The notes under the pieces were generated by a model. That model was not told where the DNA came from and ran no database searches. It saw only the letters and a program-made list of their open reading frames with translations. Of a DNA stretch of 64,000 nucleotides, positions 33,201 to 45,500 are shown one piece after another. Numbering within the stretch: position 1 is the first letter of the stretch; every line of letters starts with the position of its first letter. The position numbers and the translations under genes are program-made. The DNA comes from Antedon mediterranea (lineage: Eukaryota; Animalia; Echinodermata), in NCBI RefSeq assembly GCF_964355755.1, contig NC_092673.1:6200001-6264000 (forward strand). Reading direction: 5' to 3'.

Positions 33201-34367
33201 GATGTCCATCTTGAAAAATACCCGCCACAAAAATACGAGGAGGCTTCGCATTTTCCTATCTCCTCCTACGATAATTGTTTTTAATAGCTGAAAACTGGTT
33301 GAACAGCTAGAGTACATCATCATAATGTTGAAGACAGGCCGATTTTCTTAACAAAATACTATTTTGATAGATTTAATATACGATTATACAAATGTATTGA
33401 TTTGCGATGAATTGAACATTCCAATCTCTGTTTCACAAGTGTCTATTCCCTCAGGCGTCGTAAAGGCAAGTACAGTACTGTATACTCGAAATTCGATCCA
33501 TTTTTGTTTTTAATCTGTGCTGCAGAGGTTGGATATAATTTTTTTTTAAACGGATAATGAGCTAGCGTTTTCACTCGCCGTATATTATGTACAAATCTTT
33601 ATTATTGCAGTTAAACCACCCACATCATCACCTTTCCCTCACTGGCATGAGTAGCGTTGTAAAACCAGTAGAGAATAGGCCTACGGTACATCACATGCCT
33701 TAAACGCAGAACAACTTTGGTGGGTAGGGTAGGAACCAACTTAAGTATGAATTGGCTCTAAGAAACAATTGAAAACCATTAGGCCTACTAATTAAGTTGA
33801 GTTAGATAATTTAATATTTATTGACGATTAAATCGAATTTATGATTTTCCCCGAATAGAGGTGGTTTTCACAAATTGTTTTACATTATATTATAAACATA
33901 TACACGTCGTAGTGATGTATCGTTACATGTGCTGTACTATTTCAATCGACTAGGACGGTGATAGTTTCAACAAAGTATTACATCGCAATGTTTTACTGTG
34001 TTTAGTGGTATATTATTTGTAAAACATGAAAGCAATTAATATTTCGTTACTAAATGGATAAAGAATATATTTTAACATTGTTCCTCCTTTGCACCCATCC
34101 TCTTCCCCATCCCTCAACCCTAATGTTACATACAAAACACAAATTAAGTTTGTTTAAATTTGACTTAAACAATTGGTCTTATTTTGTGACAAGTTTCTCT
34201 TTCGGAAGTAATAGGGTGCTAATTTTAGTTGAGTACATAAATCACAGTGTCTATTTATTCGTTCCTGTAAACGACATGTATTATTGTCCTGCGGTACGTA
34301 CATTTGAAATCGCCAGTTTTTTAACGCTGAAATTATTATGTATTCGAGAACCATCTGTGGGCACGAC

Positions 34368-34404
34368 CTAGATGGTACGCGAGCGAAGCGAGCGTACCAT
34401 CTAG
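34368..34404 (+). mobile_element. Helitron-like 3' terminal hairpin ending CTAG|T (element body extends upstream, 5' end not located)
   Basis: CTAGATGGTACGC-GAGCGAAGCGA-GCGTACCATCTAG followed by T. Confidence 0.6.
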
Positions 34405-36345
34405 TTACATTAATTCAACAAACAGTAATTAGAAGTGTCTGTCTGTTATGATGTTCTGTTGCTGGAGAGAGTGGTTTTGTGTCTCGTTGATGATGGTCTT
34501 TCCTCCTATTTTCATGGCCTGATAATATCGTCATAATTGTTTTAAACATTTTTTTAATGTTAGATCAACAAAATATAATTTATTCATGGATCCAAATTTA
34601 TAAATAATCTTGCCAATGAAATGGCTTTTAATAAATTAAAATTTATAATTAATGATGTGACTCATCAACCTAATATGTAAATATATCCGGTAGAATTCCT
34701 GAATGTAAGTTACAACAAACCACAGACGTAATAAAGACTTCTTGTCAGCTTTATAATGTAAATTTTTCAAGATGATTTTTAAGGTGTTATGTTTATGCCT
34801 TTGTTCATTTTTTATTGTATTTGTGCTGACAAACAACTTCCATGTGAAATGATCTTGAATACCCATGGCTATTAATAAATTTTGGATTTTTATCAACCGG
34901 TGGCACTGGTTTTATTTTGATTGGCTAAAATAGGCGGTCCTTAAGCTTGGTTCCCGCTTGAAAGCAAAGCAACGATGTAGGCACAACGCAAGTGAGTTGA
35001 CCAATTGACAGTTCGGATGACCCATCATGATTGGTCAAATTACATGTGTCATGCTTACATCCTTGCAAAGCAAGTTTTTGGAGTGATCAAGAAGTTGATT
35101 TATCAATTTAGCTTTTTTTTTGACACAAATTGTTTGATTTCCAGAAGATAAAATAAGTACAAAACTAAAACAACCTCAGAAAAATTTTAAGTAGAGGGTT
35201 TTAACATAAATGAGTAAGTATATGACTTGACAATCCGTGAGAAATCCGATTCTGTAGTGACTTGACCGAGTGACACAAATAACAGAAATGGGTAACAACT
35301 GCAACGTCAATTACTTATTGTGAGCTTTTCAAGCTTTCATAAGATACCTAAAAATATGACAATATTTAACTAGTATTATAGGCAAATTCCTGAATACAGT
35401 AACTTATGTGTATCACATGTGCCACCTGTATCATACCACACTGTCATTGGACAATTAATTAGGATATTAGTCTACCTATGCGATTAACTAAGTAATTTTT
35501 TGTCAGGTTCATGTTAAGCTGGTCCAACTAAGCAAACACCAATTATGGCGATAATTTACACACAAAAGTTTAGTGATTTGTGGTGTAAATGTAGAAAAAA
35601 TAATTAAAAAATAATCTTCAAGAATTGGCACGTAAGTAAAAGTTAATAAAACAAACTGGTATTTTTTCCTACAGTATTATTTTGTAAAAAATGTAAAACA
35701 TAACACTAAAAATATAGTGTAAAATAAGAAGCACAACATTCCCTTTGCATAAATACATCTATAATGATTACATGGCAGTAACACGTTAAACAAAAATAAG
35801 CTTTAAATATTTCTATTGGGTTGATATTTAGCTTAAAAAAGAAATACTGAATAATTAGAATAAAGTAAAGCTAAAACTGGCAAGTTTAACACATCCCAGT
35901 TTGACCGATATTCAACTTTAGGATAGATCAGGATCTTCTTCTCTCGGCTAGCAACTTTTTCCGTCGGCTAGCAGATCGTGAAAACATCGCATGGAGGTAC
36001 TTTTTTTAGGGCATTGAATAATCACATGTACGTACTTCAATAGCTGGATACGAACACTTTACATATTGTAAGTTGTTTTAGATTGTATTCACTTAATCCT
36101 CTAGTGTTTCTCTAAATGTTTTCAATAAAACAAATGTTCAAATCTGGTCAGCTAACCATAAATGCCTGATACCTAGTATGTGCGTACAAATCACTAGGTA
36201 GTGTTCACTTTAATGCATCTACTAGGATATTTAACACAAGTCATTTTTGTTGTTGTTGTTGCGTGTGGTAGTTTTGGTCTGATCTTCTCAAATTTATGTT
36301 GTTGTGTTACGCTATATAATTTTAATAATTACAGTCGCATCGCGT

Positions 36346-36581
36346 TTACTTTTTTTGTGGTAGTTTTGGTCTAATCTTCTCAAATGTAAAACGTTGTGGT
36401 ACATTAATGTATTCTCCATTTTTAACATGTAATGTTCTTCGCTTGACATCGTGGAAAATAGTTCTGGCAAAGTTATAAAATTCATCTTCCATTTTCCATA
36501 CAATTGAGTTCTTAATCTTAGCAATGGTGGCAGCAGACGGATCAATCTTAGTGCTTGTCTTTCTGAGGTGGGAACGTTTGC
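36346..36581 (-). CDS. HS2ST1: HS2ST1 last exon
   Basis: GKRSHLRKTSTKIDPS...VWKMEDEFYNFA...QRFTFEKIRPKLPQKK*. Confidence 0.93.
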
Positions 36582-39500
36582 CTGTGGAGAAAAAATGTTT
36601 CTGTTTATATTCTGGAAAGATAAATCCAAAGTTACTAAAAAGTCTACTGTTAAGGCAAAAAAAAAAAAATAGTGTGGTATGTTCCGTCCTTTTAAATTAT
36701 GCTTACATACAAATCTTCTTTAAAAAAAAAAGAAGGAAATCAAGAGGTTTAAAAAAAATTTTTTTGTTTGTTTTGTTTTGTGTTCTTTGTTCACTTACTG
36801 TAAACTTGTATTAAATTACTACAACTTACACAAGATCGTCATTTCAGTTTATTGAAAAAGAAAAATGATAAATTTGGATGTCGGGAGAGAACGATCCAAA
36901 ACTCTTAAAAAAATCCAAACAAGAATGATTTTGATTCTAATAATACTTGTCACACATTTTGCGGTACCATTTTAAGAAGAAACTTAAAACCTTTACCATG
37001 CGACAGTTGCATGAATGGTTGAACGATGACTCAGAAAATAAAATCGATTTAAAAACATGACAATTAAGAGTTTTTAAAGAAGCTTTTAAATAATTTGCAA
37101 TGTATATAAATTCATAAAAGGACAATTTTGAAAATATTTGTTTTTCAAAAACAAAATGATTAATGTATGATAAAAACTATGTTGTTTTTCTTTTGTGTGT
37201 ATTATGTAGTTAAATACGATATCAAAACTTAATAAAAGTAATGTTGTTTTTGTGAAGAAACGTTCAACAGCAACAAATACAAACATAAACCAGATGAATT
37301 TTTTCGAGAACAATTTATACCTGTTTTATACATTATTTATCAAGTCCCTTAATAATCAAATTTTAACCAAGCAATATTGACTACTGGCATCGATGTAATT
37401 TAAAAATGAATTTCATGTTTAACAATTTTAAAGTTTTATTTTCTAATTTGTTAATGTTTCTAATATCAAAATTTTATTTATTTTGCCTATGAATTTTAAA
37501 TTTTAATGAAACTGATATTTAATTTGATCTTTTTTTTGCTGTAGGAGTCTCTTCAATTCAGCTAAACTACTGTAATGCAGCTGATAGAACTACTTTCATG
37601 AAATCAATTTGAACAAATAAAAGAAGTAATTACTGTGACAAGAAAATCAAGAAAATTTAATGAACTATAATTGTATTCTGATCTCAACGCTTTACTTACC
37701 GTGTTGGTACAGTTCCAGAGCACCTGTAAACATGGACGGCACGGTAGCTTCAAGTACAGCGATGAAGTCCTCCATCTCCTCTGTCAAACCGACTACTAAG
37801 TAATTGGTGACAAGATTATACTTAGCCTGCTGGAGAGCCCACTCACTGCCTGGATTCCTGTCAGAATAGATAACATATGTTGTTAGTTCAATATTAAAAG
37901 GCATTGATTTAAGATTAAAATGTTGAGTATAAAACCATTTTTATATATTATAATAATAATAATGGAAATGCTCAATCTGGTTTATAGCAGTCGATGCAAA
38001 GATGCTATGGAACATCTCTCTTGCACACAAATTAACATGCTTTTTCTTGCTCATCTTAATATCGTATTTGTGTTTTTTGTGTGTGATTTTGATTTAAATA
38101 AAGATTGATTGAATCACATATCCACACTTTCAATTTCTTCAGAGGTTTTAATTTCTTAAAAATGTGAAAATGACTATGTTATTGTGAATTCTTTGAAATT
38201 CAGCGATCAAAAAGTAATAGTTTGTCTGTCTATGTTTCTAGGTTCTGTTTATCTGTTTGCTATCTCCAGCAGCTCCACAACCTAGTTACTGCCTTCTCTT
38301 CAAGTCAATTTGTCATGCTGGGCATCCATAATACACTTCTACCTCTACTCCTCTTTCCATCAATTTTTCCAGTGAAGGCTACTGTAAGTTCTCAATTTAC
38401 TGTTTTTCTGATGAGCCCAAGGGGAGTAAGTAAATAATAAAACTAAATGTGTCGCCCTCTATTAAGTTAGTATAAATGTACAAGAACTAGTGAAAGGTCA
38501 TGTAGAAAATGTTAAAAGGAAGAGGATATTACCAAGGGTATGAAAAAGTACCATAAATAAACGCATACAAATGACATATGGACATATCTATATCTTATCG
38601 AAACTATAACAACATTATTACTCTATTTTGGGACAAACATGTGACATCGATAGAATAGGAAGGAGTGAATAAGTGCAAGAAAAGCCTTGAAAAGACATAT
38701 CTTGATTTGCTTCAATCTGACCGAACTATTTTACAACTCCCTGACCGAACTTCAATGTGAAGATCCTGGAATAACATTGATTGACAATGAGTCACATAAT
38801 CATAGTGTAATCCACTGGAGTCAAATGGCCGAGCGGTTAAGGCAGGGGTGCCATTTACCGTACCTAAAGAGCCAACAACATCGGCAAGGGTTCGAGGCCG
38901 ACTCGCTCCTAGTTCTGGTGGTGGAACAATTTTTCTCGGATAAGGACTATAAACCGTAGGTCCAGTGTACACAGTTATAACCTGTGTGCACTTTAAAGAA
39001 CCCAGTTCATTATTCGAAAAGAGTAGGGGGTTACCCCGGTGAACTGGTTCACAAAATAGCCCCTGTATCAGGGGGATTACCACCTATCTGATAGGACAGT
39101 GATTAATTCACTATTGGTAATCCTTGGCCACATTGCCTAAAGACATAAAATAAAATTAAAAAAATAAAATATTACTAATAACAACTGGTTTTGTTGCTTC
39201 AGGGAATAAAAACTAGGAGAATGTTTATGTCCAACTTTGCAGTAATGTAACAATTAATGTTTAAAGCCCTGTCTACACAAACTTCTGTGACCAAAAAATG
39301 TGATATGCCATATGTGGACACGAGGTCATATCACTACGATATTTGGGTATATCAATACCATATTTCAGCACATCACACTTTTTTTGATAGCGTAGACAGA
39401 GCATAAGAGAATATACCCGCCTATAACAAATTAGCTAGCTGTTCTCAAATAATACTTCTTCATTCTAGCTTGGAATTCATACCTCTAGGTTGCAAGATAG

Positions 39501-42500
39501 GGTTAGATTTGAGACTCAAACTCATGATTTCTGGAGCACCAGCTTGAATATTCACACCTCTCTAGCTTGTGGTGATAGGGTAAGATTTGAACCAAATAAG
39601 CATCATGTACTCCACCTGTTGTTATTGCTCATTTATACCAAACAATTTCCACATCAATGAATTGTTGATTTGTTTATATTGTTGAGTATTCACTTCTGAG
39701 TTAGTTACAACATTTCCCAAATAGACAACATTATCACTTCTTGGCAAAATAGGAGACTCAGGAGAACTTGCTGGTTTAATTCCAACAGCCATTTGCTTGT
39801 TAGATTCCATTCCAGTTTCCCTTTGTTAGTTGTTAGAATCAATATTCCGACTGTCTTTTGTCATTTGCTAAGTTCCACTTTTTAGTTGATTCCACATGGA
39901 AAACAATCATGAAAGTTTAATACAAGAACTGTACTTTTAATATTATTCACTTTATTGGAGGTTTCATTTTCAGTCAGCTAATACTTTAAATCAACACATT
40001 GTCAAGGATTTCCGTAGAGTAGATTATTTTTGGCACATGATTCTCTACCATTTACAGTAAGCATGGTATGGTGTTTTTATGATGAAATGTTCATCAAGGA
40101 AAAACAAGTATTAGACACATCTGAATAGATTCTTATTTGATTGTACGATGGTGGGTCACATGACATTCAATAAATACTCTATTGAACTCTTAGTTCAGAG
40201 TGCAATATTCTTGTTACTCAGTACATATAAGCAACCGGAATGCGCAACGCAATGCTAGGCTGTGGTTTAAAAAATCAGCCTGTAGTGTCATGCCGTCTTG
40301 ATACAGTAACAACATATTAAAAGAATGCAGAAGGAGCACTATCATGAATTTAAGTAAATAATCTCCATCTGTAGAAAGTAAATAAAGGGCGAAGGAAGGG
40401 AACTTGATTATGGACATTCAGTAACTGTGTAGAAAGTTAAATCGGAAAAACTAATATTATAAAAACAAATGGCTTATAATTTTAATAGAGAAAAACAGAG
40501 CATTGAAAAATTGGATTCTTACTGTATATTTGATAAAAGCAAATATTCATCAATACTTTCCATTAAAAACTTATTACAGGTTAATTTCTCTTCAAAATAA
40601 TTGTTTTGTAAACGAAGACTATTAAAAAGGCAATTCAATTTAAAATGACCTATTTTCAAAGACTTTAACGCCTAAAAATCTTATATTGTATGCTGTTTCA
40701 TCTTTTAACATTAAATCAAATGCCGCAGATCCATTCAACATTTAAATAGCGGATTTGAATGATTGTATTAGAAATCTAGTAAAATTAATAAATGGTGAGA
40801 AAGATGTGAAATTGTAAAATGAACCCCTATAAATTCCATTGTAAACATAGGTTTGAGAGATGGAGTTTACATTTCAACAGGCTGTTAAATCTCCCCATGG
40901 AATGGTTAGGGTTACAGGTTCATGTTGGTATTTGGTCATAACATTTCATGTTGATCAAAAACAATTTTAATGTGGGTAGAGAATTTACTGATTATCAACA
41001 TCCTCGCTGATGAATAAAAATATACTATCAAATAAATTATGCTTTTGAAACTTCTTTCAATAGACATTTGTCTTACCGGTATATAAATGTCTGAAATTCA
41101 ACCAATTCTCAGTTCTGTATATCAACAATATTTGTTCAGTATCTCAACATATGACACTATTTGTTCAGTATCATATGTAAATTCCAATTACATAAATATT
41201 AATATTATTATTATCATTATTATTATTTATATATATATCACATGTGGTGCTTGTATCATGGAAGGTTGTTTAAGGGGTATGTTATGGTCTATGACACAGG
41301 TGTACATAAGAAAACACATGTGTTTCTGTATTACAGAATTTGTCTATGATTCTGAAATACATGATAGACCATTTTAGTATTTTGAGAGAATGAGTCAGTG
41401 GCCGAGCAGTTAAAACAGTGGAGCCGCAATACGTAGCCATTACATCGGGTTCGAGGCTCACTCGCTCCATGGTTCTGGTGGTAGAACGAGTCTTCTCAGA
41501 TAGGACTATAAACCATAGGTCCAGTGTACATATCTGGCTCATGTGCACTTTAAAGAACCTAGTACATCTTTTGTGACGAGTAGGGGTTACCCAGGTGTAC
41601 TAGTTCACACACAGCCACTGTCACAAACGCATCATATACACTGAGCCCTCTGGGAGAACAGTATTAGACTGAAGAGGCTACCCAGTATAAATAATAAATA
41701 AATAACATTTTCTATATTAAGGTAAAAAATAGTTTGAGAAAATAATTATGTGTTCTGCTTCTTTAAAACAATGATATAGTTTCTTACCAACATTCCTGGA
41801 AATGACCACAAAAAAATGGAATCTGCATCCAAAGTTTCTCCGGAAGACACTCAGGCATCTCTTTACTAACACATTCATCAAATGTCTGCAAATAAAAAAA
41901 CAAAAACAAAACATCAGGTAGATCATGATCAACAATTGTAAGTAACTCATGATCAAGTAAAACTGTTCACACACCCATAACATCTACTGTTTTAACTTCT
42001 TACATATTTTTTTAATATTGTATTATTTTTGCATTACCAATTTTCATCATATTTTTTAACAAATGAAAATTTCAATTACTTTCTATGTATTTGAAAAAAA
42101 AATTAACTTGATATCATGATCTTATTAAAACTGTATACGTATCATATCTTCTTACATAACAAAGTTACTCATGATCAAGTCAAACTTTTCACATACGTAT
42201 CATGATCTTCTTACATAACAAAGTGACTCATGATCAAGTCAAACTGTTCACATACGTATCATAATCTTCTTACATAACAAAGTTACTCATGATCAAGTCA
42301 AACTGTTCACATACGTATCATGATCTTCTTACATAACAAAGTTGCTCATGATCAAGTCAAACTGTTCACATACGTATCATGATCTTCTTACATAACAAAG
42401 TTACTCATGATCAAGTCAAACTGTTCACATATGATTCATGATCTTCTTACATAACAAAGTTACTCATGATCAAGTCAAACTGTTCACATACGTATCATGA

Positions 42501-45500
42501 TCTTCTTACATAACAAAGTTACTCATGATCAAGTCAAACTGTTCACATATGATTCATGATCTTCTTACATAACAATGTGAGTATTACTCATGATCAAGAT
42601 AAACTCTTCAAATAAAACTTGATCATTTTAACAATGTGAGAATACAGTACTCGTGAACAAGAAAAATTGTTCAAACATAGATCTTTTATTACATCAAATG
42701 TTAAAACAATACACTTGGAAAAGAATGTTAAAATATATGGAAAATGTGAACCTTCACCTCTTTGGAAGTTTGAATTTGCTTATACTTTAACCATCCCAAC
42801 CAGCAGACCTCATTTACAGTATTTTATATTTCCCATTAAAATGTATTGACTAGTTAATAAACGCTATAAATGAGCCCTTTTAGCTTAAAAGGCGGTTGTA
42901 GTAAAAATTAATGACGTAGTAAAAATGGTTAATACTATATTTAAATCATTGTATTTGGTATAAAACCAGTTAAAAACTCTATGAAGAAGTCAAATCGGGT
43001 TACATGGGGTCACGTCCAGGGTAGCTAAAAATAGGACCTGGAAATCATTCAACCATAGCCAATAACATGAAGATGTTCCTAAACCAGGGTCAAGGAAAAA
43101 ATAATACAAGTGTTTATTAACTTGTTTTTTTGTATCAGGTACACAACACACAAACTGTATAATTATTGAGCTATAAAATTAGCTTCACGGTATAATCCAT
43201 AAAACTAATACTTGCTTGGCTTTTTTCATTTGCTTTACAATTTATGAATGTGTGTGAAGGTAACTAACAAAAATGATCATTCTTGAATAAGGACCATACA
43301 GTATTCAGTGTTGGTCAAATGTACTGGTTCACAAAGCTCCAGTTGCAGAGATGTTGTGGGAGAGGGATATTTTTTAAGGAGCCAACTGAATGTGCAGCTG
43401 CAGTACTTCATTGATCCAGTATCTCCATTCTTTGTCATTTTTTCTCTGAATTTCTATTTTACTGTTTATTCATTATAGAGTTTCGTTTGTAAATGTAATT
43501 TTGCAACAAAGAAATACTAAAATATACAAGTAAACAACATCATAAAGAACTTCATGTTTCATATCATATGGATAATAGAAAATAAAAAACAGCAAAGATC
43601 AAAAGAAGCTACTGTAACACCCCTAATAAGATTAAGTCTCATTATCCAATCTAATTCTAATTAACAGAAGTCAATTAAACAGTAACTTTGTTTCTTTTGA
43701 ATTTCATGTTTTATGTTATATTGTTATTTTGAAGGATGCACGTTTGTGCTATAAGTGTGCCACTGAATAATAATAAATAAACAGTAATTAACACTACAGT
43801 CAAGAATACATAAGACTTCTTAGAGCCTTCTTCAGAGTCTTAAAGCACATTTAAATGAAATTATTGCATATACATATATTGAAGTTTATGCCCTTCCGAA
43901 ATCAAAACTCTGGTTTAACTTTGACTGAACTACTGTACAGTTAAATTGTGTTTACAGTTTGTGATAATATTAATTTTCACATGTATATACTTGTTCAGTT
44001 TGACTTTGACGTTTTTGTTCTCTTTGTTCAAGACTATGGATGTGAATTTCCAAATTAAAAGATGAATTGAATTGAATAGTAAGCAACAGAAATCAATAAA
44101 TAATAAAAAGTAATCAACACAAATCAATAAATACGAGTTTTGTTTAAGTCACCAGTAAAAAGAAATATGTCATCATATAACCCCAGACTCGTCACTAAAC
44201 TTTGGCATACATTTTGTTGAACATAAATGTAATAATTTTAATACTGTATTATGTAGTGCATTCACTTTTACTAGATGTCATAGACCCTTTAACTTTTGTG
44301 GTTTCTCGGTCAAAGACCAATTAATTATAGAATAATTGAGTAATAATGTACATCCAACAAATGCACATCAAATAGAAAGTATTGTAATGATCCTAATTAA
44401 GAAACACTACTTTTAAACTTGAATAATGTAAATCAATAACATACAATGTTAAATTGACTTTACCATAATTATAAAAGCAGTGTGAATATTAATATAAACT
44501 ATTAAAAAATACAGTAGTTATATGTTCATGGCAAAGTCTCTGTAACTTGTGACTGAGCACAGTAAACTAATTTGCTGATTGGAAACCTAATCTGGGGGCA
44601 TCAACCAGGACAGGAAGCAATTCTTCCCCCTGAGGTTCATAATGACATCACATCATTATCATATGATTATAGGCCTACCGTACCAAGGTAAAGATACGGT
44701 ATGAAGACTAATTTTCAAATTGACAATTATAAACACAAACTGGAAAGAATCAATGTTTCTCACTAATGTTACAAGACTTTTTTGTAGGTGTAAAATAGAT
44801 TATGAGTGAGTGGCCAAGCGGTTAATACGTAGCCTTAACATCATCAGCAAGGGTCGAAGTTCACTCGCTCCATGGTGCTGGCCATAGAAGATCACAAGCA
44901 CAACATGTTTTTACAATTTTAATCAGAACAATATCACAATGTCGATTTTAAGGTTTTAGCAAATGGTAACGTCCTGTTTTGTGTATAGCTTTATAGTTTT
45001 TTTGCTACATTGTTTTAATTTTATAATCTTCTTCGACTTTATAATGTTTAGAGATTTTAATGGTTTTAACGGTTTGATGTTCAGAGATATTTAATGTTTT
45101 TAACAGTTTGATGTTCTGAGATTTTAACTGTTTTTTTATTATTGTGCAATTTGTATATGTAATTTACTCTCAATTCAATGTTATATATTGCAATGAGTAA
45201 AATGAATAAAACCAGAATTTATTTATAATATGTTCTCTTATATTGGAGTCATCAAGCAACAGTGGTTAGGTACCATGTCACCATTATTCTATTGTAACAA
45301 TTGTATTGTACTGTCAAAAACTACTTGCTAAAATCAGGCTTAATTAAAACGTTAACAAAGTTAGTTATAAATTTATAAATGTAGAATAATTTTGAAAAGG
45401 TTGTGTGTGTGTGTGGATTTTTCACTAGCAGTCTAAAGCACTACACTATTATACAAATAATGAATGTTTATGAGTGCAATGGTACAAATAATGGCACGAG

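Noticed and set aside
36312-36629. 105-aa ORF from the ORF track
   Set aside because: It is the wrong frame of the HS2ST1 last exon.
39622-39810. ORF MESNKQMAVG... as a nested gene or extra exon
   Set aside because: It has no recognisable homology, and HS2ST1 phases close without it.
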